From the NCBI GenBank assembly GCA_964497545.1, contig CAZCCY010000004.1:1-45609 (forward strand): a DNA stretch of 45,609 bases, given 5' to 3'. The notes under the pieces are model-generated. The model made no database searches, was not told the DNA's origin, and saw only the letters and a list, made by a program, of their open reading frames with translations. A program made the position numbers and the translations under genes. Origin of the DNA: an uncultured Methanosarcinales archaeon. Its GTDB lineage: Archaea; Halobacteriota; Methanosarcinia; Methanosarcinales; CAZCCY01. Positions 1 to 8,554 of this stretch are shown one piece after another (the first letter of the stretch is position 1; the number at the start of each line of letters is the position of its first letter).

Positions 1-136
1 ATGGGTCTTATTTTGTGTCCCTTCCCCAAGAGTATGCGGGAAAGCTGTCCGGCTAAAAATGTACAGATTTAGTATAAAATTTTGGTTATCTGGACGTGTA
101 CGAAAAAAAAATTAGTAAGAAATAAAATGCAATGGC

Positions 137-1153
137 TCAGGCGAGTTTCTGTATGATTTCTTCGGTCATCTTGCTTGAGCTGGCGTTTCCACCCAGGTCA
201 TAGGTAATATGTTTTCCTTCGGATATCACAGTCTCCACCGCTTTGAAAATCTTTTGGGACTTTTCTTTTTCGCCAAGGTAGTCGAGGAGCCACGCTCCTG
301 CCAGGATGGTGGCAGTCGGATTGACCTTATCCTTTCCCTTGTACTTGGGGGCGCTGCCATGTGCAGGTTCAAACATGGCAAACCCATCGCCAATGTTGGC
401 TGAATAGATTAAACCAATACTGCCTACCAGGGCGCTGCACTCCTCACTGATAATGTCCATGAAAAGATTGGTGGAGAGGAGTATGCTCTGGTTGAAAACC
501 TGGGGGTTTTTGATTAGCTGTTGGGAAATATTGTCAATATGGTATTCCCAGACTTCGATTCCAGGATAATCTCTGGCTACGCGTTGAACTTCTTCTAGGA
601 AGGTGCCGCAGGTCTGTTTCAGGATATTGCTCTTGTGAATGGCCACAACCCTCTGCCAGCCCCGCCGCTCCGCCTCCTGAAAGGCGAACCTAGCAATCTT
701 CTGGCAAGCCTCCCGGGTGATAAGTCTAAAACCGATGAAAGTGCCAGGTGTAAGCTCAAGCTCTTTTCCAATGTACATGCCCTCTGTCCCTTCCCGGACA
801 CAAACCATATCCACCTTTCCCAGGGGCAAAGGGGTGTTAGGAAAACTCTTTATCGGCCTTACATTGGCATAGAGATTAAAATGCTGTCTGATAGATACCG
901 CTACACTCTTGGGGGAACCCGGGCCGCCTGGAGTAGTGGTAGGACCCTTGAAACAGGCATCAGCCTCCTCCAACACCTCCCAGGTCTCCGGGGGCAGGAG
1001 CGTGTCCCCCCCATGTTCCTCCCACCACTCAGCACCCCCATCACACTCCATAAACTCAAGATTGCTTCCAACAGCTTTTATCACATCCAGGGCAAGCCCT
1101 GTGAGTTCAGGGCCCACACCATCACCTCTCAAAACAGCTACCTTCTTTGCCAT
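137..1153 (-). CDS. Beta-decarboxylating dehydrogenase of the isocitrate/3-isopropylmalate/homoisocitrate dehydrogenase family
   Basis: 338-aa ATG-initiated ORF. N-terminus MAKKVAVLRGDGVGPE, NLYANVRP and EPAHGSAPKYKGKDKVNP segments are typical of the LeuB/AksF/Icd family. The substrate cannot be assigned from sequence alone. Confidence 0.8.
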   Translation of the reverse strand: MAKKVAVLRGDGVGPELTGLALDVIKAVGSNLEFMECDGGAEWWEEHGGDTLLPPETWEVLEEADACFKGPTTTPGGPGSPKSVAVSIRQHFNLYANVRPIKSFPNTPLPLGKVDMVCVREGTEGMYIGKELELTPGTFIGFRLITREACQKIARFAFQEAERRGWQRVVAIHKSNILKQTCGTFLEEVQRVARDYPGIEVWEYHIDNISQQLIKNPQVFNQSILLSTNLFMDIISEECSALVGSIGLIYSANIGDGFAMFEPAHGSAPKYKGKDKVNPTATILAGAWLLDYLGEKEKSQKIFKAVETVISEGKHITYDLGGNASSSKMTEEIIQKLA

Positions 1154-1588
1154 AACAAGGGGGTAAATTCTATCCAGTGTATATCAAAATATGCCTATTA
1201 CTGCTGTGCTGACCAAATGTGGCTAAAAAAATAGATAACACAGCATTAAAATTATTCCGCAACAGAAAACATACTTATGCAAACCACTGGATAAATAAAT
1301 TCATTAGTGAAAAAAATTAAGAGAATGACTATATTTGAATTGAAGTCACCATGTCAAATCACCATAGCACACTATAGTCAAATATGGCATTTATGTTTTC
1401 CTTCACCCATGCCCAAATCAAAATTTCGGACAACGGTCACGCTCATACCTAAAGCCCCAAGGGAGGGATTTGAGTCTGAGACGAAAGCAGAGCCAGATAT
1501 GAGCCATGTTATCTGACTGTAATATTGTTACTGCCTCTCTTGGTCCTTATCATTTCCACTTTTCAACCGCTTTTAAATGGAGTCAGAG

Positions 1589-2239
1589 TCAGTCCGTGTA
1601 CTTATATGATCCTTCATACCCGCAGACGCCCATTCTTGGCGAGTTAACAACAGGAAGAAGCATTTCCTCTCCACACTCATGCTTTTCTGCACATTCATCG
1701 CAGAAATAGCAGTCTTCTCCCAGGTTTTCTTCAATGCACACTGTACAAACCCATTTTGCATCTTCACCACAGCTACAATTTATTTCAGGCGGGTCATTTC
1801 TTGCAAGAATTCTTACCTTCTCTTTTATTGCTTTTCCTTTTCTTTCAGATATAACCTTCAGTTTGAGTTCAGTTGAACTTCCGAAGTCATAGGTGTAGTG
1901 GAATTTCATTCCTGGATTCAGGACTTTGCTCAGCTTAAAATGCATACCCTTTACAGGCTCTAAATAAAACCCTTCAGTCTCTAAATGATACTGAACACCA
2001 TTGATTTCGAATGCGCTCAGATGTCCGCAGCATTCAAGCCATATATCTCTTAAAAATTGATCCAGGTCCCTGAGCTTTGCATTTGCCGGAATTTCGATGT
2101 GAAGCCAGTATTCAAAAGCATCAACCATGAGGTGGAAGAGTTTTGTTTTTCCGTCATCCCCTTTCAGGCAGGATTTCAGGTGTCTTGTCATTCCAGCCTT
2201 GCTGAAGGTTCTGTTGCATAGAAAGCATTTTCCTTGCAT
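1589..2239 (-). CDS. pRiA4b ORF-3-like family protein with N-terminal C2HC-type and C-terminal Cys-rich zinc-finger-like segments
   Basis: 216-aa ORF. Core LRDLDQFLRDIWLECCGHLSAFEI...YTYDFGSSTELKLKV resembles the plasmid pRiA4b ORF-3 (PF07929-like) fold. It has CFLCNRTFSKAGMTRHLKSC at the N-terminus and CSCGEDAKWVCTVC...CYFCDECAEKHEC at the C-terminus. It is visibly more AT-rich than its neighbours. Family recall is from memory. Confidence 0.5.
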   Translation of the reverse strand: MQGKCFLCNRTFSKAGMTRHLKSCLKGDDGKTKLFHLMVDAFEYWLHIEIPANAKLRDLDQFLRDIWLECCGHLSAFEINGVQYHLETEGFYLEPVKGMHFKLSKVLNPGMKFHYTYDFGSSTELKLKVISERKGKAIKEKVRILARNDPPEINCSCGEDAKWVCTVCIEENLGEDCYFCDECAEKHECGEEMLLPVVNSPRMGVCGYEGSYKYTD

Positions 2240-2567
2240 GATTTCTACTTAACCCTTACGGAGATAAATATTTCTTGTTGTGGGTGGTTACAAACGTAAG
2301 TTGTTCCGACGACTAAGGAGATGAGCGAAATCCGAACATGGTTCGCATATACATTCTTCTGGTTGAACTTTTCCATCTTTTATCATTTTCCCTAGGATGC
2401 TTTCGGGGGCAGATCACCTCTGAAAGTTAGAGTTGGTGTTGCATCTTGTAGGGGAGGGTTGGAATAAGATGGGTGAATTGCATGGAAATTTATAGTATCA
2501 GGGCTTCAGTTGCGAAAAGGTGTTTTTAAGCAAAGCCTAAATAGCATCAAAATGAAATAAATATTTG

Positions 2568-3296
2568 ATGTATATTCCTCCTGGCGACATTGCTATTATC
2601 CTCATGTTGTTTTCTCCACTTCTTTTAGTTTATCATGCTGCCAGGACTAACAGGAACCCCCTTAACCCAGTCTATTCGAGTTTTGCTGGTTTTAATCGGA
2701 ACCGTAGGATCAAGGGTTATCTGCGGGAGTGCAAGAAGGTTCCGCCATCTACACAGAAGGTGTTTCTCACCGAGGGGCTTACGATTTTAACTGTGGTCTC
2801 GGTGATGTTTATTCTTGGTACCAAGATGGTGTTTTTCACGGCTGTTGTGTCTAACAGTATGGTTCCTACTTTTGCCAAGGAGGACCTTGTGCTGGCCCAG
2901 AATATTGACCGTAGCATAAAGCCTGGGGATATTATCATGTTCAGGACGCCTGACACCAACATGCCTGTGATGCATCGGGTTGTGGACATAACCCGGGAGG
3001 GTATTAAGACAAAGGGGGATGCGAATCCGGCTGTTGACTGGTGGACGGTGAAGCCTGAGGATGTGATGGGCAAGGCCATAGCCATCAACGGTAAGCCTAT
3101 TGTAATTAAAAACTTTGGCAGGTATTTTATTATTGATGATGCCCACCAGGATTTCGGCCCTTTTGGCCAGGATTACCGGAAATACCTGTTGTTCTTCGAA
3201 GTCCTGAAACTCTACGGTTTTATCATCTCCACCGTCTCTCTCCTCTTATATATAGCCATCACCTATCGGAAAACCAAGGCAGAGGTATGGAGTTAA
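2568..3296 (+). CDS. Archaeal-type signal peptidase I (Sec11/S26B-like)
   Basis: TM segment followed by VVSNSMVPTF (Ser nucleophile), PVMHRVV (His) and TKGDANPAVD boxes, with a C-terminal TM. The stop overlaps the start of the downstream cytochrome gene by 10 nt. Confidence 0.75.
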   Translation: MYIPPGDIAIILMLFSPLLLVYHAARTNRNPLNPVYSSFAGFNRNRRIKGYLRECKKVPPSTQKVFLTEGLTILTVVSVMFILGTKMVFFTAVVSNSMVPTFAKEDLVLAQNIDRSIKPGDIIMFRTPDTNMPVMHRVVDITREGIKTKGDANPAVDWWTVKPEDVMGKAIAINGKPIVIKNFGRYFIIDDAHQDFGPFGQDYRKYLLFFEVLKLYGFIISTVSLLLYIAITYRKTKAEVWS

Positions 3297-4849
3297 GGCA
3301 TCTCTTATTGTTGGTAGCGGTGATTGCAACCGCAGTCTATGTTCTACCGGTTGTGATCTCCCTCTTCAGTGGCATGCATACTTTCTACAGCCCTGGGGAC
3401 TCTAAATGTCTCAAGTGTCATGCCGACATCCAGAGCGAGGTTTCTCTTTCCAGTCTGCATGCCACGTTTTCCTGTGAAAACTGTCACAGCCAGATTGACC
3501 CGAACCAGAGCCACAGTGGTGCTGCGGTTATCCGCTGCCTCACCTGTCATGGCACCCCGCCCACTACTGTTACAGACAAAAACAATAACACCCTGACCGC
3601 GCCCATTGCCAGCATCTTTGGAGAAAACGCCACTGCTCTTGACCCTCATAGTCCCCTGGTAGCGAGTGCAAACCAGAGCCCTCTCCTGGCAGGGGAAAAC
3701 GAGGCTTGCATAGCCTGCCACACCCAGAAGTCCATAGAGATAATCTATGACTATCCTGACACCTATAGTTTCAATGCCATCAATGCCTATAATGCCACTC
3801 TCCAGGATTCTGGTTGGACGGTTGTCGGGTATCGCAGGGTTAACAATGTCCAGAACCCGGTTTCGGTTAATACAAGCACCGGGTATCTGGGCGAGCATAT
3901 TACAATCCCGCCAGCGAATATTTCCTGTGAGAAATGCCACAAGGATATCAGGGGGCAGCTTAACAACTCCATGCACCACTTCGCCTTCTACTGCCGGAGC
4001 TGTCATCTCCCAGAGCAGCATTCCACCAGTCAGGCCACCTGCCTCTACTGCCATGGCACCACACCCAGAATTGTGACCGGTAGAGACGGTAACAGTTACT
4101 TCTCCTCCCCTGCTATAGGACTGGACAGCCCTGAGGCCCACCAGCCCATGCTGGCCGCGGCAAACACAACCAATATTTCCCGGGACAACAGCGAGGCGTG
4201 CTCTGCCTGCCATTCCAGCTATAATCTGAATATCACCTACACCAGGCCCAGCTATGTGGAGTGGGATGTGGTGGACACTGGTGGTACCTGGACCATCCAG
4301 AATCTCACCTACACGCCCCAGAAAAACGTGACCGTGAACCTCCAGAGGGGTGAGGAGCTTCACAACTGGAATGTCACAATATATATCGCCTGTGAGGGTT
4401 GCCATCAGGACATCAACCAGGCCGTGAGCGGGGGCGGCCACTCCAACGAACAATGGATGAACCGGCACAGCTATGCCTTCTATCCAACCCGCACCTTTTA
4501 TTGTAAAAGCTGCCATCTACCCCAGACAAAGAACCTCCAGGGCCAGACCCCCTACCCTGACCAGCCCTTCAACCTCCAGGTACATGCAGCCCTACCCCTG
4601 TCCTGCCTTGACTGCCACAATAAGACCGACCTCCTTGTGAACATCAATGGTGGATGGAAGACACCCCCGTATAATAGCACTGCTATGGGGGGAATCGAGG
4701 CGTCCATCTCCCAGCAGCCAAAATTCGTCCAGGCCTACCTCTGCCTCGCCTGCAAGAACACTGGCAACCCCACCCCACCGGTGCACTTCCAGGTGTACAC
4801 CGAGCCTGACACAAGAATATTTGTAAATGGAACCCAACAATACCCCTAA
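3287..4849 (+). CDS. Secreted/membrane-anchored multihaem c-type cytochrome (11 CxxCH plus one CxxCK)
   Basis: 520 aa with an N-terminal hydrophobic anchor. Eleven CxxCH motifs (CLKCH, CENCH, CLTCH, CIACH, CEKCH, CRSCH, CLYCH, CSACH, CEGCH, CKSCH, CLDCH) plus a terminal CLACK. About 16 N-x-S/T sequons. Confidence 0.9.
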   Translation: MELRHLLLLVAVIATAVYVLPVVISLFSGMHTFYSPGDSKCLKCHADIQSEVSLSSLHATFSCENCHSQIDPNQSHSGAAVIRCLTCHGTPPTTVTDKNNNTLTAPIASIFGENATALDPHSPLVASANQSPLLAGENEACIACHTQKSIEIIYDYPDTYSFNAINAYNATLQDSGWTVVGYRRVNNVQNPVSVNTSTGYLGEHITIPPANISCEKCHKDIRGQLNNSMHHFAFYCRSCHLPEQHSTSQATCLYCHGTTPRIVTGRDGNSYFSSPAIGLDSPEAHQPMLAAANTTNISRDNSEACSACHSSYNLNITYTRPSYVEWDVVDTGGTWTIQNLTYTPQKNVTVNLQRGEELHNWNVTIYIACEGCHQDINQAVSGGGHSNEQWMNRHSYAFYPTRTFYCKSCHLPQTKNLQGQTPYPDQPFNLQVHAALPLSCLDCHNKTDLLVNINGGWKTPPYNSTAMGGIEASISQQPKFVQAYLCLACKNTGNPTPPVHFQVYTEPDTRIFVNGTQQYP

Positions 4850-4855
4850 AAAGTT

Positions 4856-5854
4856 ATGAGAAACCCTCTCCTCGACAAAATAGAAAGCGAACTCATGCCC
4901 AGCAGGCCATATGAGGGCATGTCCCTATTCGAGAAGATCGGCCTTGCCAGCACCATCATATTCTTTATCTTCATTCTCATTGCAATCCTCGTCTCACTGG
5001 CCATCGACACCTTCGTGGAATTCAACTTCTTCCGCATTCTTTTCGACCTAGCCCTCCTATTCATGAGTTTCACCGCCATCTACTATGCTCTCCAGGCTTT
5101 TAAGAGGAAAATTGTGACTGATCATCTCATCAATCTGGCCTTTGAAGACGGCCTCTACCAGCGTCTTGAGCCTATTCTCCAGAATATCGCCAGGACTCAT
5201 GTGGACATGACCGAGCTGTACCAGGAGATAGAGAAAGTCGACAAAAAAGTTCTAACACTGCTCAAAAGCCAGGCAGCCCGGGAAATCCAGGTAGAACCCA
5301 TGAAGGAGCCCCTGGCTATTGGTGTTTCCCTGAAATTCACCATCAAAACCATGTTCATGATGATAGTCTCCATGGCCACCTTCATCCTCCTGGGCATACC
5401 TGGTATGCCCCTGCCCCACTACATCCTCCTTGCCCTCTTCATCCTCTGGTGGATATTCCTGACAAACGAGTTCGAACTCTGGAGGGACACCACGGCCTGG
5501 GCACTGGTCTTTCTCCCCATCCTCGCGGTGCCCACAACCTTCATCCTCCTGGTAAACCTCATGCCCAGCGGATACAACTTTGTACTAATGCTCTCCTACA
5601 TTTCCCTTGGAACCTATGTTTTCCTCTACTACATCTGGGCGTTCTACACCACTACCGGTACCTTCCCCTGGACCAAAAAAACCGAGACTCCTGTCGAGGA
5701 AAGTGAATTCTTCAAACTTCAGAAAAGAAACTTCCTCCGGGAAATCCTGAACACCCTGAGCTGGAAAATCTACACCAAAATCCTGGAAAAAGAAGAAGAG
5801 GAGGAGGCAGAAAAAGAGAGGGGTGTTCTCGCGAAACTAACAAAACACCAATAA
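4856..5854 (+). CDS. Polytopic membrane protein of unknown function, co-transcribed with the cytochrome
   Basis: 332-aa ORF starting 6 nt after the cytochrome stop. It has several hydrophobic helices, a central charged/coiled segment and an acidic EEEEEAEKE tail. No recognisable family. Confidence 0.6.
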   Translation: MRNPLLDKIESELMPSRPYEGMSLFEKIGLASTIIFFIFILIAILVSLAIDTFVEFNFFRILFDLALLFMSFTAIYYALQAFKRKIVTDHLINLAFEDGLYQRLEPILQNIARTHVDMTELYQEIEKVDKKVLTLLKSQAAREIQVEPMKEPLAIGVSLKFTIKTMFMMIVSMATFILLGIPGMPLPHYILLALFILWWIFLTNEFELWRDTTAWALVFLPILAVPTTFILLVNLMPSGYNFVLMLSYISLGTYVFLYYIWAFYTTTGTFPWTKKTETPVEESEFFKLQKRNFLREILNTLSWKIYTKILEKEEEEEAEKERGVLAKLTKHQ

Positions 5855-5946
5855 AAATTTTGTCATAAAATTTATTATTAAAGGAAAAATCCCGTCCATG
5901 AGAAAGAGATAAGTATGATTTATGCTATTTTGAGAGGATTGGCTGT

Positions 5947-6105
5947 CCCGCCTTAACTCAGTGGCTAGAGTGCGCGGCTGTAGTACGAACCCAGGGGATA
6001 CATGTCCCTTGCCAGTCTTCTGGAGCCACTTTCCAGAAGAAGTTCAGGTGTTACCTGGAACGCGCAGGAACCGCGAGGTCCCCAGTTCGAATCTGGGAGG
6101 CGGGA
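5947..6105 (+). tRNA. tRNA-Tyr (anticodon GUA) interrupted by an 86-nt intron at the canonical 37/38 position
   Basis: Hand-folded. Acceptor CCCGCCT/AGGCGGG (C1-G72, discriminator A73). D-arm ACTC-AGTGGCTA-GAGT. Anticodon stem CGCGG/CCGCG with loop C-T-GTA-G | intron | A. Variable loop AGGTC. T-arm CCCAG-TTCGAAT-CTGGG. No encoded CCA. T-rich tract downstream. Confidence 0.8.
5984..6069 (+). other. tRNA-Tyr intron (about 86 nt) with internal 8-bp hairpin
   Basis: A 3-nt bulge GA|A sits next to the anticodon stem. A 4-bp helix CUGU/GCAG is followed by an AG|U bulge, which gives bulge-helix-bulge-like geometry. Internal perfect hairpin CTTCTGGA(6017-6024)/TCCAGAAG(6032-6039). No C/D box motifs were seen. 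Confidence 0.65.
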
Positions 6106-6171
6106 TACCCTCCTCTTTTTCCTCCATCTTTTTCTGTTAGGTTTAAGTTATTCCTGCTGTATTTAGAAGGT

Positions 6172-7437
6172 ATGTTTACTGTGGTTACAGGTGCCCAGTT
6201 TGGTGACGAGGGCAAGGGTAAGATGGTGGATTTGCTGGCAGAGGGTTACGATTTTGTTGTGCGGTTTCAGGGCGGGGACAATGCGGGTCATACCGTGGTT
6301 GTTGGAGGTAAAAAGTACAAGCTTCACCTGATTCCTTCCGGGGTTCTCACATCTGCCCGTCTTTTAATCGGCCCCGGGGTGGTGGTGAATCCTCTTGTCC
6401 TTGTGAGAGAGATGGATGTGCTGGCAGAGATGGGAGTGGAGATTACACCTGAGAGGCTGGGAATCGATTTGCGGGCCAGTGTGATTATGCCCTATCATCT
6501 GAGGTTGGATGAGCTTCGGGAGAGAGGTAGAGCTGAAAAGATTGGGACGACAAAACGGGGTATCGGGTTTGCCTACACTGACAAGATTGCAAGAGAGGAG
6601 ATAAGAATAGCTGAGCTGATAGACGAGGAGAAATTCCGTCGCAGCCTTAGCGAGCTTTTGCCTCAGAAGGAGCTTCTGATCACGGGGATGGGAGGTGATT
6701 CTACCATGTCTGAGGAGGAAATCCAGGCTTACCTGGAGGCTGGCCGCAGGCTCAGAGCCTATGTGACTGACGTGACCAGGGAGGTCAACCAGGCCCTGGA
6801 CGAGGGGAGGCGGGTGCTGGCAGAGGGGGCTCAGGGGACCTATCTTGACATTTTACATGGCACCCAGAAGTTTGTCACGTCTTCTTCCACCATTGCCGGT
6901 TCTGCCTGTGTCAACCTGGGAGTGGGGCCGGGGCGGGTGGACAAGGTAATCGGTGTAGTCAAGTCCTATATCACCCGGGTGGGAGAGGGGCCGCTGCCCA
7001 CCGAGGAAACCGGCGAGGTGGGAGAGCATCTACAAAGAAGGGGTGGCGAGTTTGGGACCACCACTGGTAGGCCGAGGAGATGTGGATGGTTCGATCTCCC
7101 TCTGGCACGAAAAGCTGTCCAGCTGAACGGGTACACAGGTCTTGCTCTCACCAAACTGGATGTGCTAACAGGTCTGGACCCGGTTAAAATCTGCACCAGA
7201 TACCTGTTAAACGGTGAAGAACTGGATTATCCACCGCTGCTTGCCGAGGACCTGGCAAGATGCAAGCCAGTCTACCAGGAACTTGAGGGGTGGCACCAGG
7301 ACCTGGAAGATGTTAGAAGCTTCTGGGATTTACCTGGCCCGGCAAAGGAGTATGTTAAAATGCTTGGGTCCCTCCTTAAAGTTAAGATAGAACATGTTTC
7401 GGTGGGACCTGAGAGGGGGCAGACCCTCAAATGTTAG
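6172..7437 (+). CDS. purA: Adenylosuccinate synthetase
   Basis: 421 aa. GAQFGDEGKGKMVDLL P-loop, GGDNAGHTV, TTKRGIG and GTTTGRPRRCGWFD signatures. Confidence 0.95.
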   Translation: MFTVVTGAQFGDEGKGKMVDLLAEGYDFVVRFQGGDNAGHTVVVGGKKYKLHLIPSGVLTSARLLIGPGVVVNPLVLVREMDVLAEMGVEITPERLGIDLRASVIMPYHLRLDELRERGRAEKIGTTKRGIGFAYTDKIAREEIRIAELIDEEKFRRSLSELLPQKELLITGMGGDSTMSEEEIQAYLEAGRRLRAYVTDVTREVNQALDEGRRVLAEGAQGTYLDILHGTQKFVTSSSTIAGSACVNLGVGPGRVDKVIGVVKSYITRVGEGPLPTEETGEVGEHLQRRGGEFGTTTGRPRRCGWFDLPLARKAVQLNGYTGLALTKLDVLTGLDPVKICTRYLLNGEELDYPPLLAEDLARCKPVYQELEGWHQDLEDVRSFWDLPGPAKEYVKMLGSLLKVKIEHVSVGPERGQTLKC

Positions 7438-7440
7438 ATG

Positions 7441-8238
7441 CTAATAGATTTTACGGTAGATTCGTTCTCTGCCGTCTATGGTTTCAAAATCCTTCAGGGC
7501 AGGGCCTGTTAGCATCTCGGTTTTTCCTAGCACCAGGTACCCCTTTTTTTTTAGGGCGCCTGAGAATTTCAGGTACAGGTTTTCCTGCATCTGCCGGGAG
7601 AAGTAGATTACAACATTGCGGCAGAAAATAACGTCAAAGACGCATGGAGGGTTACCGGAGATCAGGTCGTGTCTCTGGAAGGATACTTTTTTTTTAATTT
7701 CATCCCGCACCCTGGCCTGTGAGCCCTCCAGTACCAGGTTGTGTTCCAGGTAGTGTCTGGTTAGAAGGTCGTTGGGGGGTTTCAGTTTTTCAACCGGATA
7801 GACGCCTTTTTTTGCGATTTCAAGGGCGCGCTGGTCAATATCGGTTGCAATAACTCTGAAAGCTCCATTGAAAACCTCGTTTGTCATCATGGCAATGGAA
7901 TAGGGTTCTTCTCCGGTGGCACATCCGGCACTCCAGATTCTGACATTGTTGGTCTGTTTTTTCAGCTCCAGTAAAACCCTCCTGAAGACCTGGAAACAGG
8001 AAGGGTTTCTGAAAAATTCGGTGACGTTAATGGTCAGAGCATTGAGAAGCTTTGGCAGTTCGTCCTCCCGGCTTTCCAGCACTTCCAGATATTCTTCCAG
8101 CGAGCTGCTACCGGTAGCCCGCATCCTCACCTTGAACCTCCGGAGGAGGTAGCTGTCCTTGTACTGGTGGCAGTCTAGGCCACGTTTTGTCACAGCCCGC
8201 TTGAGAGCAATAAAACCAGGAGACAAAATATCGTCCAT
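7441..8238 (-). CDS. cheR: CheR-type protein-glutamate O-methyltransferase (orphan)
   Basis: 265 aa. YKDSYLLRRFKVRM..., LTINVTEFFRNP, IWSAGCATGEEPYSIAMM and IFCRNVVIYF motifs of the CheR SAM-methyltransferase fold. No other che genes lie in the window. Confidence 0.85.
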   Translation of the reverse strand: MDDILSPGFIALKRAVTKRGLDCHQYKDSYLLRRFKVRMRATGSSSLEEYLEVLESREDELPKLLNALTINVTEFFRNPSCFQVFRRVLLELKKQTNNVRIWSAGCATGEEPYSIAMMTNEVFNGAFRVIATDIDQRALEIAKKGVYPVEKLKPPNDLLTRHYLEHNLVLEGSQARVRDEIKKKVSFQRHDLISGNPPCVFDVIFCRNVVIYFSRQMQENLYLKFSGALKKKGYLVLGKTEMLTGPALKDFETIDGRERIYRKIY

Positions 8239-8244
8239 ACTGTT

Positions 8245-8484
8245 TTATTTACAGATGCGTTTCATGACGTCTGCATCTGCAATTCCAAGTTTCAGGGCCT
8301 GGCGGTCCTTGAAATACTGACAGCTGGAAAAACAGTCTTTCTTTTTCATTTCCAGGGTCCGGGGAGTTCCGTCTCCACAGAGGGTCCTGGGGGTCACCCA
8401 GCACTGGTCATCTTCACTCCCATACCCAGGGCGGTCCACTTTACTGCAACCCTTGTACTCGTAGCATGTTTTGTATTTCATCAT
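8245..8484 (-). CDS. Small Cys-rich protein resembling a stand-alone two-CW domain
   Basis: 79 aa, ending 6 nt upstream of cheR. The pattern CYEYKGC...QCWVTPRTLCGDG...DCFSSCQYF matches my recollection of the two-CW domain (CWE..C...CW....C....C..C.F), with the first W replaced by Y. Confidence 0.5.
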   Translation of the reverse strand: MMKYKTCYEYKGCSKVDRPGYGSEDDQCWVTPRTLCGDGTPRTLEMKKKDCFSSCQYFKDRQALKLGIADADVMKRICK

Positions 8485-8554
8485 GGCTTATCGTTTAGAA
8501 GAATATGTGTCAAAGAAATAAAAGCGTAAATGTGCAACTGCATATGCACGTGTT

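Noticed and set aside
635-1234. 199-aa plus-strand ORF, with nested ORFs at 619-801 and 909-1166
   Set aside because: They are antisense to, or out of frame with, the dehydrogenase gene, which has family motifs.
3344-4516. 390-aa minus-strand ORF
   Set aside because: It is antisense to the multihaem cytochrome gene, whose 11 CxxCH motifs fix the true frame.
5855-6171. Integrated element using tRNA-Tyr as an attachment site
   Set aside because: No integrase, no duplicated tRNA 3' fragment and no compositional break next to the tRNA. The flanking genes are a cytochrome operon and purA.
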